Below, one piece after another: positions 9,160-19,921 of a DNA stretch of 64,000 nt. This stretch comes from an uncultured Chloroflexia bacterium (GTDB taxonomy: Bacteria; Chloroflexota; Limnocylindria; Limnocylindrales; CSP1-4). The notes under the pieces are model-generated. The model did not search any database. It saw only the letters and a program-made list of their open reading frames with translations, and was not told the origin of the DNA. How positions within the stretch are numbered: position 1 is the stretch's first letter; each line of letters opens with the position of its first letter. The translations under genes and the position numbers were made by a program. The stretch lies in NCBI GenBank assembly GCA_963720755.1, contig CAVRGP010000015.1:416001-480000 (forward strand). The letters run 5' to 3'.

Positions 9160-11148
9160 GTGCCGATCCTTCCTTCGATCCAGGACCCTGCCGATCTCCG
9201 CGGACTTGACGAGGAGGAGCTGGCCCAACTGGCCGGTGAGATCCGCGAGACGATCATCCGGACCGTCGCGAGCACCGGCGGCCACCTCGGCTCGTCGCTC
9301 GGGGTCGTCGAGCTGACGATCGCCCTCCATCGGCTGCTCGAGTCACCGCGGGATCGGATCGTCTGGGACACCGGACATCAGGCCTACCCACACAAGCTCC
9401 TGACCGGCCGTCTTGAGCGATTCGGGACGCTCCGCCAACTCGACGGGGTCGGCGGCTTCCCTCGACGCTCGGAGTCCGCTCACGACGTCTTCGACGGGGG
9501 CCACGCCGGGACCGGCCTGTCCATCGCCGAAGGCCTGGCCGAAGCTCGCGATCTGCGCCACGGGTTGGAACGCATCGCGGTCGTCGTTGGGGATGCTGCG
9601 CTGATGAGCGGCCTGTCGCTGGAAGCGTTGAACGACATCGGCCATCGTCAGAGCCAGATGCTGATCGTCGTCAACGACAACGAGATGTCGATCAGCCCGA
9701 CGGTCGGAGCCTTCTCGAAGTACCTGTCCGAGATCAAGCTGTCGAGCGCCTGGAGACACGGCAAGAGTGCCTACGACCGAACCGTGGAGCGGATCCCGGT
9801 GGTCGGCCCGACCATCCTCGAACTCAGTCAGCGCCTGCGTCGATCGGTGGTCAACTTCGCCCAGCCAGGGCAATTGTTCGAGGACCTCGGGATCACCTAC
9901 ATCGGCGTCGTGCCGGGGCATGACCTGCATGCCCTGTTGGAGACCCTGGGTCGGGCGATCGAGCTTCCCGGCCCGACGATCGTCCACGTGCGGACGCAGA
10001 AGGGTCGAGGCTTCCGTCCTGCCGAACGGGATCAGGTCGCGTTCCATGGCGCCGCCCTCCCTCCGATGGCCATGGCTGCCGATCCCGGCCTGCCGATCCC
10101 GGCCGAATCGATGAGCGACGATGCCGCCCCCCCGACGGTCGCCCCGGGGCCGCTGGTCAACCACCCGAACTACACGGCCGTGTTCGCGGCGGAACTCGTC
10201 GAGATGGCCAGGACGGACCGTCGGATCGTCGGGATCACCGCGGGCATGCCGACGGGTACGGGGATGGCTCGCTTCCAGGCCGAGTATCCGGATCGGATGT
10301 TCGACGTCGGGATCGCCGAGCAGCACTCCGTGGCACTCGCGACGGGGCTGGCCCTCGGCGGGCTTCGCCCGGTCGTGGCGCTGTATTCCACGTTCCTGCA
10401 GCGTGCTTTCGACCAGACGGTCCACGACGTCTGTCAGAACGACCAGCCGGTCCTCATCGCGGTGGATCGCTCGGGCCTCGTCGGGGAGGACGGCACCAGT
10501 CACCAGGGGATGTTCACCCTCCCGGCGCAGCGGCAGGTTCCCAATCTGGTGATCGCCTCGCCGAAGGATGAGCAGGAGCTCCGGTCGCTGCTCCGGACCG
10601 CACTGTCGCAGGACCACCCGTTCGCCCTGCACTATCCGCGCGATCCTGGGTTCGGACTGGCCCCGGTCGTGCCGGAGATCCTCCCGGTCGGACGCGGCGA
10701 ACTGCTGCGCGAGGGCCGAGACCTGTTGTTCGTCGGGTTCGGACCGATCGTCGCCCGGGCGATGGCCGCTGCGGACCTGCTGGAGGCGGAGGGGTGGTCG
10801 GTCGGCGTGATCAACGCACGCTACGCGAAGCCACTCGATCGGCAGCTCATCCTCGATCAGGCACGCGGCAAACGGATGGTCGCGACGTTCGAGGAGAGCA
10901 TCGTCACCGGCGGCTTCGGGAGCGGCATCCTGGAGCTCGTGGAAGAGGCCCGACTGGCCGATCCCGCCTACCGCGACCTGTCGGTCCGGGTCATCGGCAT
11001 CCCGGGCGATCGGTTCGTCGACCACGGTTCGGTCACCGACCTCCGACGGGTCCTGCGCCTCGACGCGGACGGTCTTGCCGCCCAGGTCCGGGAGGCTCTC
11101 GAGACGCTGCGCGCCACGCCCGGCCGATCCGAGGTCGCCGCCGGCTGA
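9160..11148 (+). CDS. dxs: 1-deoxy-D-xylulose-5-phosphate synthase
   Basis: GGHLGSSLG, WDTGHQAYPHK, NDNEMSI, DVGIAEQH, YSTFLQRA. Confidence 0.97.
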   Translation: MPILPSIQDPADLRGLDEEELAQLAGEIRETIIRTVASTGGHLGSSLGVVELTIALHRLLESPRDRIVWDTGHQAYPHKLLTGRLERFGTLRQLDGVGGFPRRSESAHDVFDGGHAGTGLSIAEGLAEARDLRHGLERIAVVVGDAALMSGLSLEALNDIGHRQSQMLIVVNDNEMSISPTVGAFSKYLSEIKLSSAWRHGKSAYDRTVERIPVVGPTILELSQRLRRSVVNFAQPGQLFEDLGITYIGVVPGHDLHALLETLGRAIELPGPTIVHVRTQKGRGFRPAERDQVAFHGAALPPMAMAADPGLPIPAESMSDDAAPPTVAPGPLVNHPNYTAVFAAELVEMARTDRRIVGITAGMPTGTGMARFQAEYPDRMFDVGIAEQHSVALATGLALGGLRPVVALYSTFLQRAFDQTVHDVCQNDQPVLIAVDRSGLVGEDGTSHQGMFTLPAQRQVPNLVIASPKDEQELRSLLRTALSQDHPFALHYPRDPGFGLAPVVPEILPVGRGELLREGRDLLFVGFGPIVARAMAAADLLEAEGWSVGVINARYAKPLDRQLILDQARGKRMVATFEESIVTGGFGSGILELVEEARLADPAYRDLSVRVIGIPGDRFVDHGSVTDLRRVLRLDADGLAAQVREALETLRATPGRSEVAAG

Positions 11149-11217
11149 ACGGGCAACGGCCCGTGTGACCGAGCGTCCGGTACGTACCGGTGGACCCGGC
11201 TGTGCCACGATAGGGGC

Positions 11218-12036
11218 GTGACGACGTCTCGGGCTGCTCGCGTCCGTCTCGATCAACTTCTGGTCGAGCGTGGATTCGCGCCGACTCGCAGCCGGGCCCA
11301 GGCGCTCGTCATGGCCGGCAAGGTCAGGGTGGGGGAGGGCGATGCCGCCCGTGGTGACCGAAAGCCGGGCGACCTCATCGCAGCGGACACTCCCGTGGCG
11401 GTCAGCGAACCCGAGCCGTACGTCAGCCGTGGCGGCTACAAACTGGCGGCCGCCCTCGATGCCTTCGGGATCGACCCGGCCGGCCTTGTCGGCCTCGACG
11501 TCGGCGCGTCGACCGGTGGCTTCACCGACGTGCTGTTGCAGCGCGGTGCGACGCGCGTCTACGCTCTTGACGTGGGCCGCGGACAACTCGTCGATGCCTT
11601 GCGCCGCGATGGGCGGGTCGTCTCGATGGAGCGGACCAATGCCCGGTCGTTGACCTCGACGAGCCTCCCCGAACCCGTCGATCTGGCCACGATCGACGTC
11701 TCGTTCATCTCGCTCGACAAGATCCTAGGCCCGGTCGTTTCGACCCTGCGACCGGGGCCAACGCAGCACATCGTCGCGCTGGTCAAACCGCAGTTCGAAG
11801 CAGGACGTGGGCGGACCGATCACGGCGTCGTGCGCGACCCGGCGGTCCATCGGGAGGTCCTCGAGCGGACGATCGCCGCGGCCCGGGTCCACGGACTCGG
11901 GACCCGGGGGCTCATCGCATCCCCGATCACCGGCCCGGAGGGCAATCGCGAATTCCTGGTCGATCTGGCGTTCGGACCAGGCTGCGCCGAGATCGGCGAT
12001 CGGATCGCCACCGCCCTGGAGGCGCCGGCCCGATGA
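11218..12036 (+). CDS. tlyA: TlyA family rRNA 2'-O-methyltransferase
   Basis: RLDQLL S4 domain, YVSRGGYKL, DVGASTGGFTD, DVSFISL, LVKPQFE, GNREF. Confidence 0.96.
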   Translation: MTTSRAARVRLDQLLVERGFAPTRSRAQALVMAGKVRVGEGDAARGDRKPGDLIAADTPVAVSEPEPYVSRGGYKLAAALDAFGIDPAGLVGLDVGASTGGFTDVLLQRGATRVYALDVGRGQLVDALRRDGRVVSMERTNARSLTSTSLPEPVDLATIDVSFISLDKILGPVVSTLRPGPTQHIVALVKPQFEAGRGRTDHGVVRDPAVHREVLERTIAAARVHGLGTRGLIASPITGPEGNREFLVDLAFGPGCAEIGDRIATALEAPAR

Positions 12037-12878
12037 CCGTGAAGCGCATCGGTTTCGCCTACAACCCGACGATCGATGCCGCCGTGGAGCTGAGTGCCCG
12101 GGCGGCGGGCTGGTGCGAGGTCCGAGGGATCGCCGAGTGGGAGCTGCCGTCCGGCGACACCGACCGCCTCATCCACGAACTGGCCACGACGGACGTGCTG
12201 GTCGTCCTCGGCGGCGACGGAACGTTCCTGCGGGCCGCTCGCGCGGTCGCCGATGTGGATGTCCCGCTGCTCGGGATCAACCTGGGCAAGGTCGGCTTCC
12301 TTTCGAAGGCAGAGGCCGGTGATCTCGACGAAGTCCTCGGATTGATCGTGGCCGGCGAGTACCGGATCGAGGAGCGGATGGTCATGGAGGCGCAGATCAT
12401 GCGCGGTGGGGCGGCTACCCGGACGGAGCGCCTTGTCGCGCTCAACGACGTGGTCGTCGCTCGCGGGGCACTCGCCCGGGTCTGCCGGCTCGATGTCGCC
12501 ATCGACGATACCCATCTGGCCACGTTCATCGCGGACGGGCTCGTCGTGGCCAGCCCGACCGGTTCGACCGGCTACTCCTTCTCGGCAGGAGGGCCGATCC
12601 TCGACCCGAGCGCGCGCAATCTGATCGTCACCCCCATCGCCGCCTATCTGTCGTCCATCCGGTCCGTGGTCGTCGGGCCGAGCCAGGTGGTTCGCTGCAC
12701 GGTGGTCGACGCCTTCGAGGCGCTCATCTCCGTCGATGGTCGAGAGGACCTTCGGCTCGATGTCGGCGACGTCGTCGAGGTCCGCGCGGTCGAACGTCCG
12801 ATCCGCCTCATCGAACCGGCGGGCGCCAGGCCCTTCTGGGATCTGCTTCGCCAGAAGGTGGCGCTCCTGCCGACGTGA
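12033..12878 (+). CDS. nadK: NAD kinase
   Basis: LGGDGT, GINLGKVGFL, ALNDV, DGLVVASPTGSTGYS. Confidence 0.96.
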   Translation: MTVKRIGFAYNPTIDAAVELSARAAGWCEVRGIAEWELPSGDTDRLIHELATTDVLVVLGGDGTFLRAARAVADVDVPLLGINLGKVGFLSKAEAGDLDEVLGLIVAGEYRIEERMVMEAQIMRGGAATRTERLVALNDVVVARGALARVCRLDVAIDDTHLATFIADGLVVASPTGSTGYSFSAGGPILDPSARNLIVTPIAAYLSSIRSVVVGPSQVVRCTVVDAFEALISVDGREDLRLDVGDVVEVRAVERPIRLIEPAGARPFWDLLRQKVALLPT

Positions 12879-14587
12879 ACGGATCTGCGACGCCGACCGG
12901 CCGGCTGCTCGAGCTGACGGTCCAGGATCTGGCCCTCATCGATCGCCTCCGGCTGCGGTTCGACCCCGGTTTCAACGTCATCACCGGCGAGACCGGCGCG
13001 GGCAAGAGCCTGTTGATCGATTCGCTCGGATTGATCCGCGGAGCACGAGCCGATACCGGGGTGATCCGGCATGGTGCGGAGACGGCTCGGGTGGAGGCAC
13101 TCTTCGATCGACTTCCGGAGCCACTCATCGCCGTTCGCGAGGTGGCCGCCAACGGGCGCTCGACGGCTCGGCTGGACGATGTGGCGACGACGGCCTCGCG
13201 CCTGGCGGACGAGGTCGGCCCGCTCATCGAGATCCATGGGCAGCACGATCAACAACGATTGCTGGACGAACGCTGGCAGCGCGATCTGCTTGATGCCTTC
13301 GGCCGCCACGGGCCGCTCCGAGCCGCCATGGCCGACGCGGTCCAACGCTACCGAGCCAACGAGGCGGCCCTCGCCGAGCTGGCCATCGACCCGGCGGCGC
13401 TGGCCCGGCGCGTCGACCTGCTCGAATACGAGGTCGCGGAGATCGAGGAAGCGCGACTCCAGCCGGGTGAGGCCGAGTCGATCCGCGCGCGTCTCGAGGC
13501 TGCCCAGCATGCCGAGTCGATCGCGCGTGGAGCGGCGGCCGTCCGCGACGCACTCAGCGCGGAGGGGTCCGGCGCGCGGGAGTCCACGGCGATCGCCGTC
13601 CGCGAGGCGCGCGGCCTGTCGAAGGTGGATCCGCGCTTCGCCACGGCGGCAGAACGGCTGGCCGGTCTGGAGGCCGAACTGGACGATGTCGCCGCGGAGA
13701 TCCGCGGGTTGGTGGACGGGATCGACCACGACCCGGTCGCGATCGCTGCCCTGGAGACTCGACTCGGTGCGATCTACGCGCTCGAACGCCGGTATGGTGA
13801 AGGGGAAGCAACGGTCATCGCGCACGGGCAGCAGGCGGCCGCAGAACTCGAACGTCTCCGTGATCTCGACGGCGAGCGGGCACGACGTCAGGGCGAGGCG
13901 GCGTTGCTGCTGACCAGCGTCGCGAACGCCGCTGCCGATCTGTCCCGGTCTCGGCACGATGCCGGGCGCGAACTCTCGGGCGCCGTGGGTGGTGTTCTCG
14001 AAGAGCTCGGGTTCCCAGCCGGTGTGTTCGAGGTCTGGCTTGGCCGACGACCCGCGGGCGAGGATGAGGCGGCGATCGAGCTCGATGGCGACGCGGTCGC
14101 GTTCGACGCCAGTGGTGCCGACTCGATCGTCTTCCAGCTTGCGCCAAATCCCGGCGAGCCCGCCAGGCCGCTTGCCCGGATCGCTTCGGGCGGGGAACTG
14201 TCGCGCGTCGCCCTGGCCGTCAAGCGGGTGGTGGCCGAGGCGGACGAGACACCGGTCCTGGTCTTCGATGAAGTCGACACCGGGATCGGTGGACGAAGCG
14301 GGGATCCGGTCGGGCGCAGCCTGTGGGCACTCGCCCGTCGCCACCAGGTCCTGTGCGTCACCCATCTGCCCCAGATCGCCGCCCATGCCGACGCGCACTA
14401 TCGGATCGCGAAGCGGGAGCGGGATGGCCGGACCGTCACCGAGATCACCGAGCTGGATCGGGAAGGCCGGATCACCGAGCTCGCCCAGATGCTCGGTGGA
14501 TCGGGCGGGACGACGGCGCTGGCGACCGCGCGGGAACTGCTCGATCGTGCCGACGCGTGGCGGGTCGGGATGGCCGCGACGGGTTGA
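12875..14587 (+). CDS. recN: DNA repair protein RecN
   Basis: TGETGAGKS Walker A, EIHGQH, ASGGELSR, FDEVDTG, VTHLPQIA. Confidence 0.96.
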   Translation: MNGSATPTGRLLELTVQDLALIDRLRLRFDPGFNVITGETGAGKSLLIDSLGLIRGARADTGVIRHGAETARVEALFDRLPEPLIAVREVAANGRSTARLDDVATTASRLADEVGPLIEIHGQHDQQRLLDERWQRDLLDAFGRHGPLRAAMADAVQRYRANEAALAELAIDPAALARRVDLLEYEVAEIEEARLQPGEAESIRARLEAAQHAESIARGAAAVRDALSAEGSGARESTAIAVREARGLSKVDPRFATAAERLAGLEAELDDVAAEIRGLVDGIDHDPVAIAALETRLGAIYALERRYGEGEATVIAHGQQAAAELERLRDLDGERARRQGEAALLLTSVANAAADLSRSRHDAGRELSGAVGGVLEELGFPAGVFEVWLGRRPAGEDEAAIELDGDAVAFDASGADSIVFQLAPNPGEPARPLARIASGGELSRVALAVKRVVAEADETPVLVFDEVDTGIGGRSGDPVGRSLWALARRHQVLCVTHLPQIAAHADAHYRIAKRERDGRTVTEITELDREGRITELAQMLGGSGGTTALATARELLDRADAWRVGMAATG

Positions 14588-14597
14588 GGCCCCGCCC

Positions 14598-15542
14598 ATG
14601 CCCGACCTCGACACGGTCATCGACGACTACTTGACCTACCTCGACGTGGAGCGCGGCCTCGCCCCGGCGACCATCCGGGCCTATCGGGCGGACCTTCGCG
14701 ATTACGAGGCGTCGCGCGGCGTTCGCGCGGGGTGGGCCGTGACGCCCGAGACGGCGATCGGGTACCTCGCGACCCGCACGCGCCGTGGCCGCCGCGCCGA
14801 CCCGGGTCTGGCGCCGAGCAGCCTGCGACGCCGGGCGGCCGCCCTGAAGGGGTTCTACCGGTTCGCCTACGGCGAGGGTGTCATCACCGCCGACATCGCT
14901 GCACACCTGGACCTGCCCCGGCCGTCGCGGATGTTGCCGGAGACGTTGACGATCGACGAGGTCGAGCGCCTCCTCGAGGCGACCGGCGCAGCACCGGACG
15001 CCGCGGAGGATCAGGGTGCGACCCGGGCCGTGCGCGACCGGGCGCTGCTCGAACTGCTGTACGCCGCCGGCCTGCGGATCAGCGAGGCGACCGGCCTCGA
15101 CCGTGAGGACCTGTCCGTGGACGGATCATTCGTCCGGGTCATCGGCAAGGGCGATAAGGAGCGACTCGTCCCGATCGGAGATGTCGCGCTCGACTGGCTC
15201 GGTCGCTGGATAGCCGGACCACGGGTCGGGCTGATCGCTCTCCATCACGTGGCGCCGCTTCGGGGCGGGCCGTTGTTCCTCGGCGATCGAGGGGGCCGGC
15301 TTGCCCGCCAGCAGGCGTGGGCAGCGGTCAAGCGAGCGGCGGATGCTGCCGGCCTGGGAGGTCGTGTCAGCCCGCACACGTTGCGCCATTCGTTCGCCAC
15401 CCACCTGCTGGAGGGAGGAGCCGATCTGCGCATCGTCCAGGAGTTGCTCGGTCATGCGAGTATCACCACGACGCAGCTCTACACGCACCTGACCGGGGAA
15501 CGGATCCGAGACGTCTACAGTCGGGCCCACCCACGAGCCTGA
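14598..15542 (+). CDS. xerD: Tyrosine recombinase XerD
   Basis: RDRALLELLYAAGLRISE, GKGDKERLVP, SPHTLRHSFATHLL, LGH...TTQLY, HPRA end; housekeeping context. Confidence 0.9.
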   Translation: MPDLDTVIDDYLTYLDVERGLAPATIRAYRADLRDYEASRGVRAGWAVTPETAIGYLATRTRRGRRADPGLAPSSLRRRAAALKGFYRFAYGEGVITADIAAHLDLPRPSRMLPETLTIDEVERLLEATGAAPDAAEDQGATRAVRDRALLELLYAAGLRISEATGLDREDLSVDGSFVRVIGKGDKERLVPIGDVALDWLGRWIAGPRVGLIALHHVAPLRGGPLFLGDRGGRLARQQAWAAVKRAADAAGLGGRVSPHTLRHSFATHLLEGGADLRIVQELLGHASITTTQLYTHLTGERIRDVYSRAHPRA

Positions 15543-15558
15543 GGAGGCACCTGCCAGC

Positions 15559-16365
15559 ATGAGTTACGCCGACGGCCTTCTGTCCAAGGGCGAGCAGATC
15601 CTCCACCGGAACAAGCAGCACCCGTTCATCTTCATCTGGGGCGCCCGCTATACCATCCTGGCGCTCGTCATCGCGATCGTCATGTTCTGGGTCGGTGGCA
15701 ATCTCGGCCCGGACGGCGTCTCCGGGACCCTCCGGAACGTCCTCGGCTGGATCACGGCCATCCTGTTCTTCGGCGGCATCGCGGTGGCGATCTGGACGGG
15801 TCTTCGCTACGTCAACCAGGAATACGTCCTGACCAACCGGCGGGTCATCCAGGTCGAGGGTGTCCTGAACCGGACGGCGAATGACAGTTCGCTCGAGAAG
15901 ATCAACGACGCGGTCCTGAGCCAATCCATCTTCGGCCGGATGTTCGACTTCGGTGACCTCACGGTCCTGACGGCGTCGGAGAGCGGGATCGACAAGATGC
16001 GGATGATCCGCGGCCCGATCGACTTCAAGAAGCGGATGCTCGACGCCAAGCACGACTACGAGGTCGATATGGAGCGGGCCGGCTGGGCGCCGACGCCACC
16101 GATCCGCGAAGGTGGCCCGGCGGGATCGGGCCCGGGACCTGGTCCGTCGGTCGCGCCGTCGCCGGCGGGGACGTTTCCGGCGCCCGCCGCGGCGACACCG
16201 GTCAGCGCGCCGCCGTCTCCGGCTCCGGCATCGGCTGCGACTCCCAGCAACGACCCCGATGACGTGACCCGGACGCTCGCCAGCCTCGCGGATCTACGCG
16301 ACCGTGGCGCCATCACGACCGAGGAATACGACCGCAAGAAGGCGGAGCTGCTCGGGCGTTTGTAG
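15559..16365 (+). CDS. Membrane protein with bacterial PH domain and C-terminal SHOCT domain
   Basis: Two TMs, YVLTNRRVI...GRMFDFGDL, C-terminal LADLRDRGAITTEEYDRKKAELL. Confidence 0.85.
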   Translation: MSYADGLLSKGEQILHRNKQHPFIFIWGARYTILALVIAIVMFWVGGNLGPDGVSGTLRNVLGWITAILFFGGIAVAIWTGLRYVNQEYVLTNRRVIQVEGVLNRTANDSSLEKINDAVLSQSIFGRMFDFGDLTVLTASESGIDKMRMIRGPIDFKKRMLDAKHDYEVDMERAGWAPTPPIREGGPAGSGPGPGPSVAPSPAGTFPAPAAATPVSAPPSPAPASAATPSNDPDDVTRTLASLADLRDRGAITTEEYDRKKAELLGRL

Positions 16366-16431
16366 TCCCGGACGGCCACCTCGGTCGCAGCCCGGTAGGA
16401 TAGGGGCATTCCCCCATAGCGCAGGTGTCGG

Positions 16432-17100
16432 TTGTCCCTGGATAACATCATCCCCGCGGCGATCGTCGTCGCGATCATGTTGCTGGTCGGCCTGCCCGTC
16501 CACGAATTCAGCCATGCCCTCGTTGCGTTCCGGCTCGGCGACGGCACGGCCAAGCTGTTCGGACGGTTGACGCTCAATCCGGTCGCCCATTTCGATCCGA
16601 TCGGCGGCTCGCTGCTCGCCCTGACCTTCATCGGGTCCGCCGCCAGCGGGTCTGCCTTCGGTTTCGGGTGGGCCAAGCCCACGCCGGTCAATCCACTCAA
16701 CCTCCAGGGAGGGCGCCGCGGTGAGGCGCTGGTGGCGGCAGCCGGGCCGCTGTCGAACCTCATCCTCGCGACAGCGGCCGCGATCCCGCTCCGTTACATG
16801 GTGGCGAACCCCCAGTTGATCGACAGCGTCCCGATGCTCGCCAACATCCTGTCGCTGTTCATCCAGATCAACCTGCTGCTGATGATCTTCAACTTCATCC
16901 CGATCCCGCCGCTCGACGGGTCCAAGGTCATGTTCGCGTTCATGGACCGCCGGACCGAGTACCAGATCCGGCCGTTCCTCGAGCAGTACGGCTTCCTCAT
17001 CCTGATCGCGGTCCTGTTCCTGCCGCCCGGCAATTCGATCGGCGGGCGGATCATCTTCCCGATCCTCGATGGACTCTTTGGCTTCCTGGTGGGCGTCTAG
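16432..17100 (+). CDS. Site-2 protease (M50)
   Basis: HEFSH, AAAGPLSN, FNFIPIPPLDGSK. Confidence 0.93.
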   Translation: MSLDNIIPAAIVVAIMLLVGLPVHEFSHALVAFRLGDGTAKLFGRLTLNPVAHFDPIGGSLLALTFIGSAASGSAFGFGWAKPTPVNPLNLQGGRRGEALVAAAGPLSNLILATAAAIPLRYMVANPQLIDSVPMLANILSLFIQINLLLMIFNFIPIPPLDGSKVMFAFMDRRTEYQIRPFLEQYGFLILIAVLFLPPGNSIGGRIIFPILDGLFGFLVGV

Positions 17101-17569
17101 GGCCCGCCAGTTCCGGGCGCATCTCCGGGCCCGTGTGCGACCCGAGGAGCGCGCGGCACTGGTGCCCTGGACGTCGCCCGAGCAGATGGACCTATTCGAT
17201 TCCATGCACGTCGCGGACCGGCGGCATGGCCTCGATGTCGTGACGTCGCTCCGTGCCGAGCGGGTGACCGATCCCGACCTGCTGATCGCCGGTTTGCTGC
17301 ACGACGCCGGCAAGGGAGACACCGGCGTGTGGGCCCGGGTCGCCTACACGCTGGGCGACCGATACGGGGCCTGGATCTGGAGGGTCGCCGGGATGATCCC
17401 CGGCTACCAGGTCGCACTCGAGCGACTGCGCACCCACGCGGAGTCTTCGGCGACCCTGGCTGCGGGTGCCGGGTGCTCGGTCCGGACTGTGGAACTGATC
17501 CGACACCAGGAGGCGCCCACGGATCCGGAGTTCGGTGAATTGCTGCGGACCGCGGACGAGGCCAACTGA
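17069..17569 (+). CDS. HD-domain protein
   Basis: DRRHG...LLHDAGK...H...IRHQ...ADEAN; start may be TTG 17078. Confidence 0.8.
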   Translation: MDSLASWWASRARQFRAHLRARVRPEERAALVPWTSPEQMDLFDSMHVADRRHGLDVVTSLRAERVTDPDLLIAGLLHDAGKGDTGVWARVAYTLGDRYGAWIWRVAGMIPGYQVALERLRTHAESSATLAAGAGCSVRTVELIRHQEAPTDPEFGELLRTADEAN

Positions 17570-18489
17570 TGACCGACGCACGATCGCCGGGGGTCCCGGT
17601 GATGGCCATCCCCCCGGCCGAGGGCCTCGTGGGGACCGACCCGGCCGTGCGGTTCGGCGACGGACGGCGGCCCGAGAGCCGGACCCAGGTCCAGGTCGGG
17701 GAATTCGATGGGCCGCTCGCATTGCTCCTGGCGCTCATCGAAGCGCGACAGCTCGACGTCCTGACCGTCCCACTCGGAGCCCTTGCGGATGCCTACCTCG
17801 ATGCCCTCAGCCGGCTCGAGGCGGACCGTCTCGGCAACGTGAGCGCCTTCGTCGCGGTGGCCAGCCAGCTCATCCTGATCAAGAGCCGGGCGATGCTGCC
17901 GCGCCAGACCGACCCGACCGATCCGACGGCTCTCCCCGACGAAGGTGTCGATCCCGAGGCGGAGCTTCGCGCTCGTCTCATCCTGTACCGCGCGTATCGC
18001 GACGGCGGCCTCCGCCTGGCGGATGAGGCCGTTCGTCGGATCGGCCTGTTCCGGCGCGAGCCCGGGGTCGCCCGGGCTGCCGCGATGGCGGGTGCCCGGC
18101 CCGCCGACCAGCCTGCCCTGGATCCCATCAGCCTGGTCATGGCCCTCGACCGACTCGTGGCGATCGCACCACTTCCCGAGATGCCGATCGAGGTCGTCGC
18201 CCGGGTCATCACGATCACCGAGCGTGCCGAGATCATCCGGGCCGCATTGCTCGATGCGCCCGTGGTCGTGCTCCAGGACCTCCTGCGCGGTGTGCGTGAT
18301 CGAGTCGTCATCGCGATCACCTTCCTCGCGATGCTGGAATTGATGAAGCGCCGCGAGATCGTCGTCGAGCAGACGGATCCGTGGGGGCCGATCGTCGCAC
18401 GGGCCACCACTCCGGCCGAGCGGGCCGTCGCTGGTGGCGCCCGGTTCGACCCGGACCCGATCGACGAATCGCTGGAGTCGTTCGCATGA
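17569..18489 (+). CDS. scpA: Segregation and condensation protein A (kleisin)
   Basis: FDGPLALLL, LILIKSRAMLP, TFLAMLELMK. Confidence 0.93.
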   Translation: MTDARSPGVPVMAIPPAEGLVGTDPAVRFGDGRRPESRTQVQVGEFDGPLALLLALIEARQLDVLTVPLGALADAYLDALSRLEADRLGNVSAFVAVASQLILIKSRAMLPRQTDPTDPTALPDEGVDPEAELRARLILYRAYRDGGLRLADEAVRRIGLFRREPGVARAAAMAGARPADQPALDPISLVMALDRLVAIAPLPEMPIEVVARVITITERAEIIRAALLDAPVVVLQDLLRGVRDRVVIAITFLAMLELMKRREIVVEQTDPWGPIVARATTPAERAVAGGARFDPDPIDESLESFA

Positions 18490-19088
18490 CCGATCCGAGC
18501 GAGCCGACCCCGCCGATCGAGCTGACCGAGTCGGCCCTCGAAGCGCTCCTGTTCGTGGCCGAGAAGCCGCTGTCGCGTCGCGAGATCGGCAGCCTGGCCG
18601 GCGTCGACCGGGAGACGGTCGACGCGAGACTCGGCGACCTTGAAGTCTCGCTCTCGTCGCGAGGCGTCCGACTCCTGATCGACGGCGATCGGGTGGAGCT
18701 CGCGACCGCACCGGACGGGGGTGCCCTGGTCGCCAGGTATGTCGGCGCCGACGTGGTCCGACTGTCGCCCGCGTCGCTGGAAACGCTGGCCATCGTCGCC
18801 TACCGCCAGCCGGTCACGAAGTCAGCCGTCGAACGGATCCGGGGCGTCGACTCCGACTACACCATCCGGACCCTGCTCCACCGCCGGCTCATCGTGGAAC
18901 TGGGCCGGTCCGTCGCGGCCGGCCGGCCGTTCCTGTACGGCACGGGGTTCGACTTCCTCGAGCGATTCGGGTTGACCAGTCTCGATGAATTGCCGCCGCT
19001 CGATGGCGACGTGGCCGCCCGGCTCGCCGAAGAGGGCGGGGAGCCGCTGGTCCCGTCCGGCGACGGCTCCGGCGACGAGTCGGGCTGA
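18486..19088 (+). CDS. scpB: SMC-Scp complex subunit ScpB
   Basis: LEALLF, LETLAIVAYRQPVT, IRGV, GRPFLYGT...FL..FGL.SL.ELP. Confidence 0.95.
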   Translation: MTDPSEPTPPIELTESALEALLFVAEKPLSRREIGSLAGVDRETVDARLGDLEVSLSSRGVRLLIDGDRVELATAPDGGALVARYVGADVVRLSPASLETLAIVAYRQPVTKSAVERIRGVDSDYTIRTLLHRRLIVELGRSVAAGRPFLYGTGFDFLERFGLTSLDELPPLDGDVAARLAEEGGEPLVPSGDGSGDESG

Positions 19089-19921
19089 TGTCGGTCGAAC
19101 GACTCCAGAAGGTGCTAGCAGCGTCTGGCGTCGCATCGCGGAGGGCGAGCGAGGTTCTGATCGCGAACGGACGGGTCACGGTCGATGGCAAGCCCGCCCG
19201 ACTCGGGATGCAGGTCGATCCGGACAAGGCCATCATCGCCGTCGATGGGCGGGTGATCGGGTCCGCATCCGCGCCCGAATACCTGCTGCTGCACAAGCCG
19301 GGTGGCGTTACCTCGACCGTGCGTGACCGGCACGCGTCGAAGACCGTCCTCGACATGATCCCGACCGCGATGCTGCCCGAGGGCGGACGGCTCTATCCGG
19401 TCGGACGCCTGGACCAGGATTCGGAGGGTTTGCTCGTCCTCACCAACGACGGGGCGTGGGCGGATCGGGTCCTCCATCCCCGCCACGGGGTGGAACGCGA
19501 ATACGCGATCGGCCTGCGCAACCCGCTGACCCGCGAACAGGCCGACCGGCTCAAGGAGGGGATCCAGCTCGACGAAGGTCTGGCGACCGTCACCGGTCTG
19601 CGGCCGACGACCGAGATCGAGACGCGGCGTCTGGTCGACCTCATCGCACCGCCTCCGGGCGATCTCGTCTGGTACCGCGCGATCCTCGCGCAGGGATGGA
19701 AGCGGCAGATCCGCCGGATGTTCGGAGTCGTGGGCGCGCCGGTCGACCGCCTCGTCCGGGTTCGGATCGGGCCGGTCCGACTCGACGACCTGCACAGCGG
19801 ACGGGCGCGCCGGCTCAGAGCACCCGAGGTCCGTGGCCTCGGCGCGGGGGCTGGCACGAGCCGGGCGGGCGCCCGGACGCGGTCTGACACCCGACCGGGA
19901 GCCGAGCCACGGTCGCGATGA
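19088..19921 (+). CDS. rluB: RsuA/RluB family pseudouridine synthase
   Basis: ERLQKVLA..GVASRR S4, PVGRLDQDSEGLL. Confidence 0.9.
   Translation: MSVERLQKVLAASGVASRRASEVLIANGRVTVDGKPARLGMQVDPDKAIIAVDGRVIGSASAPEYLLLHKPGGVTSTVRDRHASKTVLDMIPTAMLPEGGRLYPVGRLDQDSEGLLVLTNDGAWADRVLHPRHGVEREYAIGLRNPLTREQADRLKEGIQLDEGLATVTGLRPTTEIETRRLVDLIAPPPGDLVWYRAILAQGWKRQIRRMFGVVGAPVDRLVRVRIGPVRLDDLHSGRARRLRAPEVRGLGAGAGTSRAGARTRSDTRPGAEPRSR

Noticed and set aside
9343-11586. Long antisense ORFs (747 aa here; also 12644-14620, 25179-27038, 47405-49201, 59125-61395)
   Set aside because: Shadow frames of well-supported high-GC genes, with no recognisable motifs
14598-15542. Tyrosine recombinase as a mobile-element integrase
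   Set aside because: XerD-type sequence (LPETL, HPRA end) in the conserved nadK-recN-xerD-scpAB housekeeping context, far from both tRNA patches
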